A model generated the notes under the pieces. It saw only the letters and a program-made list of their open reading frames with translations, made no database searches and was not told the origin of the DNA. From a virus: 64,000 nucleotides of DNA. Position numbers and translations under genes: made by a program. How positions within the stretch are numbered: the first letter of the stretch is position 1; every line of letters starts with the position of its first letter. Where the stretch lies: IMG/VR virus record IMGVR_UViG_3300023296_000800; one strand, given 5' to 3'. Below, in pieces: positions 1 to 10,191 of this stretch.

Positions 1-2
1 TA

Positions 3-395
3 ACAGAAGATGATATAGCAGAACAAGAAGTTCTCGTAATACCAGGCGCTAAACGCAAGGACCGCAAGACAGGCTTTGTACCGCAAGGTGAGAGCAGAGT
101 AGACCATGAAGTTAAAATGGCTAAGAGTGATCTATTTGCAACAGCGCAAAATGCGCAAGAAATAATGTCTTATCTCAAAGATCGAAGTGAAGATGAAGGT
201 ATCAAAGGATGGATGCAATCTTATATCACACTAGCAAATGACTATCTCAACTCAGTTAAAGAATCATTACAATACGAAGCGCAAATGCATGAAGCATCAG
301 AATATGGTCAAGGCGAACCAAATGATCGTTTGGCGGCAGGTATGAAAATAGACACAGAGCCATATATGGAATCTACAACAAAAGGAAACAAGTAA
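3..395 (+). CDS. Hypothetical phage protein, 5'-partial (frame is open from the window edge)
   Basis: The frame of ORF 117..395 has no stop back to nt 3 (TEDDIAEQEVLVIPG...DHEVKMAKSDL); acidic composition. Confidence 0.75.
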   Translation, partial: TEDDIAEQEVLVIPGAKRKDRKTGFVPQGESRVDHEVKMAKSDLFATAQNAQEIMSYLKDRSEDEGIKGWMQSYITLANDYLNSVKESLQYEAQMHEASEYGQGEPNDRLAAGMKIDTEPYMESTTKGNK

Positions 396-396
396 C

Positions 397-1380
397 ATGA
401 GTTCTATACTAGAAGGAGCAGATCAAGGATACCTCGCAGAATACAATGCATCTGAGGACGAAAGACGATTAGAAGCATTACAACATTCTATAGGCGATGT
501 TAGAAAAGCAACAAAAGGCGGTAAGTATCTTGGTAATGATGTCGTAGACATTATGGTACAAATAGAGACCTTTGCAGAACAGCTCGGTATTGATCCCGAT
601 GAACTTAGATACTATGAAGATCAAGTTAGAGAAGCGCAAAGCAATTTAGAATCTGCTATTTACGGACTAGAAGAACCATTTGAAGATGCTATTCGTAGTT
701 TACAAGGTAAGATAGATGATGCAATATCAGATGCGGAATTTGCTGATGATGAAATAATTGATGAAGTGTTTGACAACGATGCTTTCAATGACATTTTTAA
801 ATCAAAACCGGATCGCAGGGAGCCAAGCAGACCAGATATTTCGGGTGCTAAACGAGTGGCAGATCGTAAAGTAGCAGGATCTAGTGAGTTACCTAAAATA
901 AAAACTCTTCCAGGCGCGGCCCAATACACATCCGAAGATGGGAAGAAATCTCAAAGACTTGATCCATCATGTTGGAACGGTTACAAGAAACAAGGCACCA
1001 AGATGAAAGGTGATACCAAAGTTAACAATTGTGTTAAAAAAGAGTCACGTATTGGTAGCACACTTAGCATGGTGTCGGAAGAATACGAAAGAAATTTGCG
1101 CGAAGGTAATGGGAAAATGAGAAGCATAGCGGCAGGAGCTTTATTAATTGCTAGTCTATGGGGAGTTAACAACCATTTAGCACAGCAAGCATACGATAGC
1201 AGTTCACAGTTACAACAGTTAACAGCGTTGCATCAAAAAGCAATTGATTCTCCTGGCCAAGAAGCATATGCAAAAGAATTGAAGCAAAGAATCGCTAACC
1301 ATAAAATACGTTTAGACATAGGCAAAGGTGATATCCGTGATAAACACGGAGCAATCAAACAGATCACTAAAGAATCTTAA
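397..1380 (+). CDS. Hypothetical protein, probably virion-associated
   Basis: 327-aa ORF; contains CWNGYKKQGTKMKG..VNNCV, a motif I recognise from T4-like phage hypothetical proteins; N-terminus MSSILE. Confidence 0.75.
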   Translation: MSSILEGADQGYLAEYNASEDERRLEALQHSIGDVRKATKGGKYLGNDVVDIMVQIETFAEQLGIDPDELRYYEDQVREAQSNLESAIYGLEEPFEDAIRSLQGKIDDAISDAEFADDEIIDEVFDNDAFNDIFKSKPDRREPSRPDISGAKRVADRKVAGSSELPKIKTLPGAAQYTSEDGKKSQRLDPSCWNGYKKQGTKMKGDTKVNNCVKKESRIGSTLSMVSEEYERNLREGNGKMRSIAAGALLIASLWGVNNHLAQQAYDSSSQLQQLTALHQKAIDSPGQEAYAKELKQRIANHKIRLDIGKGDIRDKHGAIKQITKES

Positions 1381-1402
1381 TCAGATATAGAAACGTTATA
1401 AT

Positions 1403-1807
1403 ATGCAATTACGTGAAATAACTCAATCTAAGAGCCATAAAATCCCACAAACCGAAGGTATGGGTGGATCCTCTGGTGGAGGAACCGCAGGATCTGGCGG
1501 TGCTGGTGGCTCGTCATTAGGTCTTCCTTATCCATCGACATACGAAGAAGAAAACGACAAGTTTAAGACTTATCACCCAATCGACAAAAACAAACGACCA
1601 ATGCACAATCTTTCTATGACAACCGAAGAAGAGGATGAAGCAAAAACAATCAAGGATCGCCCAAAGAAGACCAAGAAGCGTTATACATCCACGACAGCAC
1701 AACAAAGAGAACTAGCATATGTTGAAAGTGCGGCTTTTAAAAAAGCATTGAAATTAGTAGAAAACTATTTGTGCCCGAGAGAAAGACTGACAGATAAATA
1801 CATGTAA
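1403..1807 (+). CDS. Hypothetical protein with Gly/Ser-rich linker
   Basis: 134-aa ORF; GGSSGGGTAGSGGAGG tract; N-terminus MQLREI. Confidence 0.7.
   Translation: MQLREITQSKSHKIPQTEGMGGSSGGGTAGSGGAGGSSLGLPYPSTYEEENDKFKTYHPIDKNKRPMHNLSMTTEEEDEAKTIKDRPKKTKKRYTSTTAQQRELAYVESAAFKKALKLVENYLCPRERLTDKYM
1793..1800 (+). promoter_or_regulatory. T4-late-like promoter (GATAAATA)
   Basis: Resembles T4 late consensus TATAAATA; 21 nt upstream of dps with an AGGA RBS between; the same motif recurs before many genes. Confidence 0.55.
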
Positions 1808-1821
1808 CAGGAACGATTATA

Positions 1822-2265
1822 ATGCTCGCAGAGAACCTTAAAATACTATTAGCAACATCATATGCATTTGTTATCAAAGTGCAAAACTTTCACTGGAATA
1901 TAGAAGGTAGCAACTTTCCACAATACCACAAATTTTTTGATGATTTGCAAGGGGAAGTATATGACAATGCAATCGATAGAACGGCTGAATACATTCGTAC
2001 ATTAGAATCCTATACCCCAGGTTCAATCACACGGTTTGCGGAATTATCATTAATACCAGATCAATTAAAAATACCTAGAGCAGAGTTGATGTTTCAAGAA
2101 TTATACAGAGACAATGAAATAATACTTGCACATTTAAAAGTATGCTATGATTCATGTGAAGCATCAGAACATTATGGCATTTCTAATTTTATTGCTGAAC
2201 GAATAGATGCTCAGAATAAACACCAGTGGATGTTACGAAGCACACTAAAGACATCTAGGGAGTAA
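1822..2265 (+). CDS. dps: Dps/ferritin-like DNA-protecting protein
   Basis: K.QNFHWNIEG..F..YH.FFDDL, D..AEYIR.L and K..WML motifs; 147 aa. Confidence 0.9.
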   Translation: MLAENLKILLATSYAFVIKVQNFHWNIEGSNFPQYHKFFDDLQGEVYDNAIDRTAEYIRTLESYTPGSITRFAELSLIPDQLKIPRAELMFQELYRDNEIILAHLKVCYDSCEASEHYGISNFIAERIDAQNKHQWMLRSTLKTSRE

Positions 2266-2268
2266 CGC

Positions 2269-5200
2269 ATGCTCTCATCACATTACGAAAATCTATTACT
2301 AGAATACAGACAAGACAAGACCGCTGAAAAAATGGGTGTTGCTTTAGCCGACAGATTGATGACCGATGTCGATAATAATCCAGACATCCTGGATGCAACC
2401 ACAGCACTCCGAATACAAGAAATCGAGGCCTCAAAAGATCCAAAACATCCATTATCGAAAGAATGGAATGAGAACGATAAGATGACGCCTGAAGCAATAG
2501 AAGCACTAGTTGCAAAAGCCTACGATTTCCTTGCTATCAAAGTCTTGAATACATTAGAAAAGACAGACCCTACAAAGAAGAAAGAATACGTACAATGGCT
2601 TGCGAGAATTTATATTAAAGATGCGATGTCGATAGAAGATATCCAATCTACTATCGCAGATTACTTAGAAAAATTTCATAAGTTAAAAATTAAGCGACAT
2701 TTATCCAACGCTGACATCGGTCAGTTCAAAAGCTTCAGCCTATTCATGAATGAGCTAGATACTTTTTCAAATGACTTGTTAGATGTTGAAGATGATGAAT
2801 TAAGCCCCAAGAGAGATTATACAAAGTTATATGACGAAGATAATATTTTAGTTATTCATCCGAAAACTAAGGCGGCTGCCATGAAATATGGTAGAGGTAC
2901 ACGATGGTGTACAGCGGCCACTAGAGGACAAAATTACTTCACTCATTATAATAAACAGGGCCCTCTGTCTATTTTTATTCCTAGACGACCCGATCATCCA
3001 GGAGAGAAATATCAGTTTCATAAAAACGGCCACGGTATAGTTGTTGCTGATGAGAAAGATGATTACCTCAATCAACTAGAACAAATAAATCTCGTTGATA
3101 GATATCCTGGTCTTAAAAAAGCACTTAAAGATCAAGCCGCTGAGGCTGGTGCTATCTGGCTACAAGAGCCGATAGAGACATCAACGGGTGATGGTTTTAC
3201 ATTAGACGAATATCGAAAAGATAGTCAACCATTTTATATTATAAAATCAACAGCAGACCCTTCCGAAGTATATACAGTCGTGCAAGGTACTAAGGGTTAT
3301 CCAACAATTATGGCCCTCGATATTAACGGCCGTGGAAACACTTTAAATCTGATACAACAACGGAATTTTCTTAAAAAATACCCCGAATTAGTAACTAGAT
3401 TCGGCGGAGATTCGATAGAAGAATTTGACCCAATTGATAACGTCGGGGATTTTGAAGTCGAGCAAATTAAAGGTGGGTATGTTGTTACAGATACAAATCC
3501 CCTAGAAGATGCTGACTTAGAGGCAGACGACTCTAAGGACCCCACCGCTACTAGACGAATTAGCGAGAATCAATACGGTATCAGCGTAAATATCCAGGAG
3601 GAGCGAGAAGAGGGTAGAAGATTTAGGCTTCCTATTGATCCGTTTACGATCATAGGAACTAGGCAAAGTGATCACACACATGAACCCGCTAATCCATATG
3701 AATTTACAAGAAGAATTCCAGGCATGGTTGAATTTTTAGAGCCTAAGGTAAAGGAATTGCTGGATAAATCACTAGACAGCATTAGCAAATTAAAACCCAG
3801 TGAGATAGGCTCTGGTAAGGGAGCCGCCGAAGAAAAAGCCGCGCTTGTACAAAAAGCATACGTAGATTTAGCATGGGCCATGCCTTATAAAATATACGAT
3901 AACCCGAAGACAGCTATTAATTCACATGTAACTTATGAAGGCAAGCCGCTAGTAGATTATATCATATCCAAAATTAATACAGATTATATTTATACGGTAG
4001 AACATGATCTGGTTGAAGATACTAAGCCAAATATTAATAGTATAAAGATGTATCGCCTGAAGGATACGGCAACTTATGAAAAATCTGAAGACGAAAGATT
4101 GATGTTCAATGTAAGTAATCTGGATAATCTGAAAGACAACAGTGGTAAGGCAATGGATACTCTAGCTAGTATTTCGTTCTTGAAAGCTCATCCAGAATTA
4201 AAAAAAATGTATGCAGGTACGAGTCTGGTAGACCCAGTAGTTACTGAAACAGAAAACGTTCAAATTGAAGATTATGGACTTCAGCGCAATGCTGATTATA
4301 GAGGTGGTGACAGCGATAACCCTTGGTATCCAACAACATGGAGAAACTTTGTGTTAGACTCTAAAGATGTGCCTGGACTTCAATACAGTATTACGTGGCC
4401 AATTGAAAACCCGGGCCTAACACAAGTACAAAGAATCAACACAGAAGGTACGGGATTGCTGGTTGACGACCACCACAGAATCCAATCAATTTTAAAATTA
4501 GTACCCGAAATCAAAACACTACTAAAGAAAGATTTTAAAAAACAATTAGAGGCTACTGGTGAAGATGCCGCACCTAATCGGGACAGGACTGGCCGCGGGG
4601 GAGGCAACCCATACCATGGCAACTACCATACGAAGTCGATACTACCTGATAACCTGCTTATTGATCCTACTGAAGTATATGAGGATGCCACTGTACAGAT
4701 AGATCAATTCGGTCCATATGGTGGTCCTTTTTCGCTCCCTAGATTTGTTGTCACTCCAAAAACCGAAAACCCTTTTGGTAGTGTAGGTGATACGTTTTAT
4801 ATAGACATGCAAACTAAAGACCGCAGGGGCAAGGCAGGTAAGATTGCCTCAATTGTAATCAGAAGAATGGCAAAAGCAGTCTATAGACATGAAGACGGAA
4901 ACGGAAATCCTTTTGCTGATGAGCTTGATAATCCCGGTACATTTGTAGAAGATTCGATAGATTTACCAGCAAAGCACGTAATAGACTTCTTCAAGGCTTA
5001 TCCAGGACTTAGGCGCATGGTGAAGGATGAGAATGTACATGCAACTGTGCCGCACCCTGCTCTAGCAGTTAAAGCAGATGACATAGAAGCCGCAAAAGAA
5101 GGAGTCCGGGACTTTCCTGCGTTTACAATGGAAGATGTTCCTGGCGTGAAGGGTTCATATTATGTTATCCCTAAGGAAGAAACATTTAATGATGAATACT

Positions 5201-7845
5201 ATACCATTCAAGTTCAACAGGAAGATGATGAACTACCAAAACAATACGGCAATGGTATCAGAATACCAACAATACAACTATTTTCAGGTGAGTCAAGAGA
5301 AATGCTAGCCAAGTTGAGTGGAACTTATGGAAGCAATCGCGGCAGAAGTAGATCAGTTAAAATTCCGACTAATACTGAAGAGTTTAATGCAATACTTGCG
5401 CGATTCCCAGAACTATTACCATTCTTAATCGACCTAGCAAAAGAGGAAGGATCATTAACATTACAGAATCCCGAAAATGTTACTGAGATAGGTATTCATA
5501 GAGTGTATGAGTTTACGAACGCTGATAAAAGTAAACAATATGTAGTTACTCCTATAGGCAACCCAGTAAGACCAGCTGTAGGCCAGATTGATAGCGAACA
5601 AGATGCCGAGACTCAACGCGCATACCGGGGCAGTAACGGCGATGACGGGAACATGATACCATCCGAGACCTGGAACCGCAATTCAATCACCATAAATTTT
5701 GAAAGTACTCAGGACAATATGGATCAGTTTGTCGAGTTAAATACCTTGCCGGACATTAAAGAACTTGCGTCTTTGGTAGAAAAAATTCCATATGAAGAGG
5801 CTAAGCAGAAGCACATGAACGCTGTCGATGAGTTTACACGTACTAGTACCAACTTTGTCGATGAGTATAGACGTTCTCATAACGGTTTTAGAACAGTTGA
5901 TCATGCGTCACCAGAGATATTACGCATTAGAGGAGATGCACCTTTAAAGAAATATTTTGAAGATTTAGCAGAAGCAAGAAATGCAGAAACTAAAGGTATC
6001 GGAGATTTCATTAACTTTTTACCAGACACTACCAACTTAGGTTCACTCCCTGCTAGTATTACGGTGTTTGATCTGCCAATACTAACTATTACTAAACTCG
6101 GAATTGCAAATCCTATAATATTCTATCTTTATCATGTAAGGCAATCTTTACAAGCATTGAGTGATTTAGACCCTAAGGCTTTGAAAGCTATGGCTATAAA
6201 GTTGGGTGCAGATGAAAAAGAAATAGAAGATATTGATTGGTCAACTAGCGATACGATAGCCCGCTCCAGATACAGCCATACATTAAACCAGAAGTTTATG
6301 GCCGCTGGATTTGGTAAAGTATTCTCCGAGGGATGGAATGATGGCATGAGAGCTAGTATAGGAAGAGAACTGACAGACCAGCATATGATGGCATTTAAAC
6401 CAGAGTCTGGTACGTATTTTGAAGGGCGAGGCAACTCACCAAATATCCTCGTACAAACTAATTCTCTTGTGGAACCATTCTTGTATAACCGCCTTCCTGG
6501 TCTAAAAGAGCAGATGTCCCCGAAAAAAGCAAAAGAAAATGGCTTGGCTCCTGCTTCCGTATGGAAGCCTCAGGCCGATACTCCGAAACCTAACCTACAG
6601 AATGACGGCAAACGATGGATCAAGAACATAGAAAAATTCAATATGCCCAATGGATTTACATTAATTAGTGGTAGGGGATACTATCGCGCTCAAGCAACAC
6701 ATACTCGGTTAGCGCCCGGTACTCTATACAAGATTAACCTGAATCCCATAGAGCATGATGCCGCAATGGGTGCCAGCCAGTCCCTTATGCAACTAGGTAA
6801 GAATTATCGGGACTTGCGATATAAACTTTTTAATAAATCGCAAAGCAACTTTTTCTATATGTACTTCGTAAACAATAAAACTGCTATAATTATAGATGAT
6901 CAAGGTCAAAAAATGCCACTCTCGACTAAAGACAAAGAAGCATTGTTCTTTGGTATACCCAGGCGCGGCCCTGATGGTGAGGATGTTAGGACATTGGGTT
7001 TGATGCCAGAAATAAGGTCTGCATTCGACGAATACAAAAAGTCTAATAAATGGATGCGCGAAGCATACGCTCACCAGCATCATCTTAATCGATTCTTGGT
7101 AGAATCATTCGATAACTTGACATGGACAATTCAAACCGAGAACAACAATAATTATAACAAATTGCATTTCTTAAAACCAGGAGAATTACGTGGCTCTTAC
7201 TCAGATAGTCAACTTATAAGTTTGGGCTTTAAGAAATCAAATAACGGACACTTTTATATACCACAAACAAAATGGGACACTCTAATTAATACAGGTAAGC
7301 TCAAAGAAATGACACTGCGACCATTGAAAACAGGGAAAGCAAAGATTGCTCAGACTGGCAGTAAGAAAATAGCAGAAGAAGATGACGATGACACACTAAC
7401 ATTGCCTAAAATTAAAGTAGGTGATGAAGTTAAAGTGGGCAAGTTTAAAAACCGCAAAGCAGAAGTAACTGGCTTTGCCAAAGATGAGAACAATCATCCT
7501 TTACTCAAAACTACTAAAGGTGAGCAACAAGTATTCAAGCCACGTTTCTCTAAACTGATGAAAGAAGAAGACGATGCAGTTATCGAAGAAGGGAAGAAAT
7601 TCCCAAGAACAAGTGAGTTCTTGCATGTCAGGGAATTAGATGATATTAAGCGATTGGCTGGTGTCTATGATCCATATGTTGACGAAGGTGATAGCTCAAT
7701 GGGTTCGAACATATCCAAGACTTCTAGTAAAATTGCACAGACAATGAGGGATAAAAAAATACAACCAGGCACCCCAGAATGGTTTCAATTATGGTTCTCA
7801 AAGCCATACTTAACGGGTGAAAAGCCCACTGGAGATGAGGAATGA
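2269..7845 (+). CDS. 1858-aa multidomain protein with degenerate internal repeats
   Basis: Long uninterrupted ORF; N-terminal GTRWCTA..YF..Y...GPL region; about 10 F/L-x-x-x-P-(E/G)-L helical motifs; short C-terminal modules including ELDDIKRLAG. Confidence 0.9.
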   Translation: MLSSHYENLLLEYRQDKTAEKMGVALADRLMTDVDNNPDILDATTALRIQEIEASKDPKHPLSKEWNENDKMTPEAIEALVAKAYDFLAIKVLNTLEKTDPTKKKEYVQWLARIYIKDAMSIEDIQSTIADYLEKFHKLKIKRHLSNADIGQFKSFSLFMNELDTFSNDLLDVEDDELSPKRDYTKLYDEDNILVIHPKTKAAAMKYGRGTRWCTAATRGQNYFTHYNKQGPLSIFIPRRPDHPGEKYQFHKNGHGIVVADEKDDYLNQLEQINLVDRYPGLKKALKDQAAEAGAIWLQEPIETSTGDGFTLDEYRKDSQPFYIIKSTADPSEVYTVVQGTKGYPTIMALDINGRGNTLNLIQQRNFLKKYPELVTRFGGDSIEEFDPIDNVGDFEVEQIKGGYVVTDTNPLEDADLEADDSKDPTATRRISENQYGISVNIQEEREEGRRFRLPIDPFTIIGTRQSDHTHEPANPYEFTRRIPGMVEFLEPKVKELLDKSLDSISKLKPSEIGSGKGAAEEKAALVQKAYVDLAWAMPYKIYDNPKTAINSHVTYEGKPLVDYIISKINTDYIYTVEHDLVEDTKPNINSIKMYRLKDTATYEKSEDERLMFNVSNLDNLKDNSGKAMDTLASISFLKAHPELKKMYAGTSLVDPVVTETENVQIEDYGLQRNADYRGGDSDNPWYPTTWRNFVLDSKDVPGLQYSITWPIENPGLTQVQRINTEGTGLLVDDHHRIQSILKLVPEIKTLLKKDFKKQLEATGEDAAPNRDRTGRGGGNPYHGNYHTKSILPDNLLIDPTEVYEDATVQIDQFGPYGGPFSLPRFVVTPKTENPFGSVGDTFYIDMQTKDRRGKAGKIASIVIRRMAKAVYRHEDGNGNPFADELDNPGTFVEDSIDLPAKHVIDFFKAYPGLRRMVKDENVHATVPHPALAVKADDIEAAKEGVRDFPAFTMEDVPGVKGSYYVIPKEETFNDEYYTIQVQQEDDELPKQYGNGIRIPTIQLFSGESREMLAKLSGTYGSNRGRSRSVKIPTNTEEFNAILARFPELLPFLIDLAKEEGSLTLQNPENVTEIGIHRVYEFTNADKSKQYVVTPIGNPVRPAVGQIDSEQDAETQRAYRGSNGDDGNMIPSETWNRNSITINFESTQDNMDQFVELNTLPDIKELASLVEKIPYEEAKQKHMNAVDEFTRTSTNFVDEYRRSHNGFRTVDHASPEILRIRGDAPLKKYFEDLAEARNAETKGIGDFINFLPDTTNLGSLPASITVFDLPILTITKLGIANPIIFYLYHVRQSLQALSDLDPKALKAMAIKLGADEKEIEDIDWSTSDTIARSRYSHTLNQKFMAAGFGKVFSEGWNDGMRASIGRELTDQHMMAFKPESGTYFEGRGNSPNILVQTNSLVEPFLYNRLPGLKEQMSPKKAKENGLAPASVWKPQADTPKPNLQNDGKRWIKNIEKFNMPNGFTLISGRGYYRAQATHTRLAPGTLYKINLNPIEHDAAMGASQSLMQLGKNYRDLRYKLFNKSQSNFFYMYFVNNKTAIIIDDQGQKMPLSTKDKEALFFGIPRRGPDGEDVRTLGLMPEIRSAFDEYKKSNKWMREAYAHQHHLNRFLVESFDNLTWTIQTENNNNYNKLHFLKPGELRGSYSDSQLISLGFKKSNNGHFYIPQTKWDTLINTGKLKEMTLRPLKTGKAKIAQTGSKKIAEEDDDDTLTLPKIKVGDEVKVGKFKNRKAEVTGFAKDENNHPLLKTTKGEQQVFKPRFSKLMKEEDDAVIEEGKKFPRTSEFLHVRELDDIKRLAGVYDPYVDEGDSSMGSNISKTSSKIAQTMRDKKIQPGTPEWFQLWFSKPYLTGEKPTGDEE

Positions 7846-8285
7846 GATTCTTAGAATTTATGGCAGAGTCAGTAACTTTTTCAGCTACTAAAGCAGTCCC
7901 ACATGAAAAATATGGGACCATCGACGAGTTCATGTCTGACTCGCCTGAAATGAATGTGAGCAATGGTAACGCAATGGCAATACAAAGAATGCTTGGTCTC
8001 GTTCCTGATTATGGCGGTACAATAAAACACGAAGATATACCCAACATTCTACGTACATTGATGCGATTAAAAAATTCAGATACAAGCCAACACACGCAGG
8101 CACCATCCAAGACTGGTGGGGAGATGGGCCGATACAAAGATGATGACGGCATGGATAGAATAGGTAAAAGTGCAACAATGCATGACGCGGGCCGATCTAA
8201 TGACCAAGTAAATCTTTATATTGATCGTTTATTTGAAATTCTTACCTTTGCACAAAAAAATGAAGGAGACTTAAGTTGGGGGTAA
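7842..8285 (+). CDS. Hypothetical protein with capsid-targeting-like N-terminus
   Basis: ATGA overlap with upstream gene; starts MRFLEFMAES. Confidence 0.75.
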   Translation: MRFLEFMAESVTFSATKAVPHEKYGTIDEFMSDSPEMNVSNGNAMAIQRMLGLVPDYGGTIKHEDIPNILRTLMRLKNSDTSQHTQAPSKTGGEMGRYKDDDGMDRIGKSATMHDAGRSNDQVNLYIDRLFEILTFAQKNEGDLSWG

Positions 8286-8758
8286 AGAAGTTTGAGATCA
8301 TACCAACAGAACCACGATGTGGCGATTGTACCGCATGTTGCGAATCAACAGGATTTACAGGTGACTGGAAAAAAATAGACCGATACAACGAAGCAGAAGC
8401 ATCTGGTATAGATTTTGGTCCTTGGAGCACTTGCAATAAACTTTGCAGTACAGGTTGTTCTATTCAAGACACCAAACCCAGAACGTGTACCGATTTCTTT
8501 TGTCATTTCATAGAACACGATTTAGAAGATAAGTTTAGACCCAAAGAGTTTGGGTATATTGCATTTACAAGTCTCGATAAGAACAGTGAAAACATAGAGA
8601 TTATGTCTTTGGACCATACCTTACCTGCGGAAACACAATATAATAACAACAAAAAAATGTTAGATGAGTTAATTGACAAAGTGCGTATAAGTCTAGGCAA
8701 GGAATATGTATATGCTACTCTACACACTAAAAAATCTGGAATCAAACGAATAAGATGA
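8276..8758 (+). CDS. CxxCxxCC (YkgJ-like) Zn/Fe-chelating domain protein
   Basis: CGDCTACC, CNKL...GCSI...KP..C..FFC; TTG start is uncertain. Confidence 0.75.
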   Translation: MGVKKFEIIPTEPRCGDCTACCESTGFTGDWKKIDRYNEAEASGIDFGPWSTCNKLCSTGCSIQDTKPRTCTDFFCHFIEHDLEDKFRPKEFGYIAFTSLDKNSENIEIMSLDHTLPAETQYNNNKKMLDELIDKVRISLGKEYVYATLHTKKSGIKRIR

Positions 8759-10191
8759 AGTTTTTCATATGCGACGATAATACTAAGTTCACCAAGACCG
8801 AGTATAAATCGTTTGGTAAGTGGCACTTCTACTGCGACGACCTAGTTAAAATATATGAAAATTCAGACTTTATAGTATTGTATTGTGGTTATCTGATTCA
8901 AGGAGATATACTAGAAGCGTGTAAGAACTTTAGTTTTGATGACGAAAACGGAAATTTCTTTGCTGTGAAACTGACCAAAGATGCTTACCAGATATCAATA
9001 GATTATTTTCAAAATCATAAGTTGTTTGTCGCAACCAAATACGGAACAGAGATTACTAACTATCTTCCGTACATGACAATCACCTTAAAGGATGTTGTTA
9101 GAAAAACTCTTACATATGACAAGTATGAACGTGAGATAATGCCCAAAGAGTCTGAAACTTTCTATGATCATATCAACTCGTTTGTCCCTCCATATGATTA
9201 TATACAAGACAGCAAAGATGCTCTTGCACAAGAATACTGGGATAACTTCGAGGAATTTGCTGAGTACATACATCAATGTATGGAATCACATGCAGACGTA
9301 ATTAAGAAAAACTATCCTAATAGATTTTGCTCATTAAGTGAAGGGATCGATTCTGCGGTCCAATCACAATATTTTTATGATGATCCGCAATATCTTTATG
9401 ACTTCTATCCATGTGACGCTGGTGCCATTCACAAAAAATATATAAAAATTGCACAAAGTAATTTTACTAATACACATCATGTCACTTTCTATGCAAAAAA
9501 TAACAAAGAAGAATGTTATAAACATCTAGTGGATTCTACTTGTCGCTGGCAAGTTATTATACCTACTTTCAAACAGCTTTCAGACTGTCCAGTAAAACCG
9601 GATATTGTTTTGTATGGAGTGAACGGTGACGAAGTATTCTTGCGAGATTTAATACCTCATTTACTATTGCTATCTTTAAAATATTATGATATACTCGATA
9701 CTACTAGCATGATAGCCCAACTTCGACAAGAGATCGAATCTAAAAAAGGGCATTATGCATCAACGTACTCTTTGCCATCAAAAGAGAACAGTAAAACAAC
9801 AGATACATTTCTTAGAAAGTTTTTAAATGATTGGTTTAAGACAGAGACTAAAGAGAAATGGTATTTATTTAAGAGAAGCCGCGAGGACATAGAAAATGCC
9901 TTATTAATGTACACTACGCCTAAACTATACACACGTGCAATCAGTTGTAACAGTGATATAATGTGTGCATCGTTATACAACGACAGAAGAATATATCACG
10001 AGTTTTTCAAGATGGAAAACCACTTCTTAGAAGGTGATGCCATGGATGCTCCTATCCAAAAATTAATACTAAATAAGTTTGAATACGAGTTTATTACACC
10101 TAGTAAGGATGTTCTTTTTGGGAACTATGATGAACTGTATGCTCACACCTACGGAGCAACTATTGATAATGACTTGGACCAAAACATATAA
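8755..10191 (+). CDS. Asparagine-synthetase-like ATP pyrophosphatase (adenylating enzyme)
   Basis: PP-loop-like SLSEGIDS and VLYGVNGDEVF (cf. LSGEGADELF); lacks the N-terminal catalytic Cys of the glutaminase domain. Confidence 0.6.
   Translation: MKFFICDDNTKFTKTEYKSFGKWHFYCDDLVKIYENSDFIVLYCGYLIQGDILEACKNFSFDDENGNFFAVKLTKDAYQISIDYFQNHKLFVATKYGTEITNYLPYMTITLKDVVRKTLTYDKYEREIMPKESETFYDHINSFVPPYDYIQDSKDALAQEYWDNFEEFAEYIHQCMESHADVIKKNYPNRFCSLSEGIDSAVQSQYFYDDPQYLYDFYPCDAGAIHKKYIKIAQSNFTNTHHVTFYAKNNKEECYKHLVDSTCRWQVIIPTFKQLSDCPVKPDIVLYGVNGDEVFLRDLIPHLLLLSLKYYDILDTTSMIAQLRQEIESKKGHYASTYSLPSKENSKTTDTFLRKFLNDWFKTETKEKWYLFKRSREDIENALLMYTTPKLYTRAISCNSDIMCASLYNDRRIYHEFFKMENHFLEGDAMDAPIQKLILNKFEYEFITPSKDVLFGNYDELYAHTYGATIDNDLDQNI

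Noticed and set aside
8276-10191. Lasso peptide gene cluster
   Set aside because: No precursor peptide, transglutaminase-like leader peptidase or RRE protein recognised nearby.
8755-10191. Calling this gene queC
   Set aside because: Lacks the QueC SGGxDS context and the C-terminal CxxCxxC zinc motif, and is twice the size.
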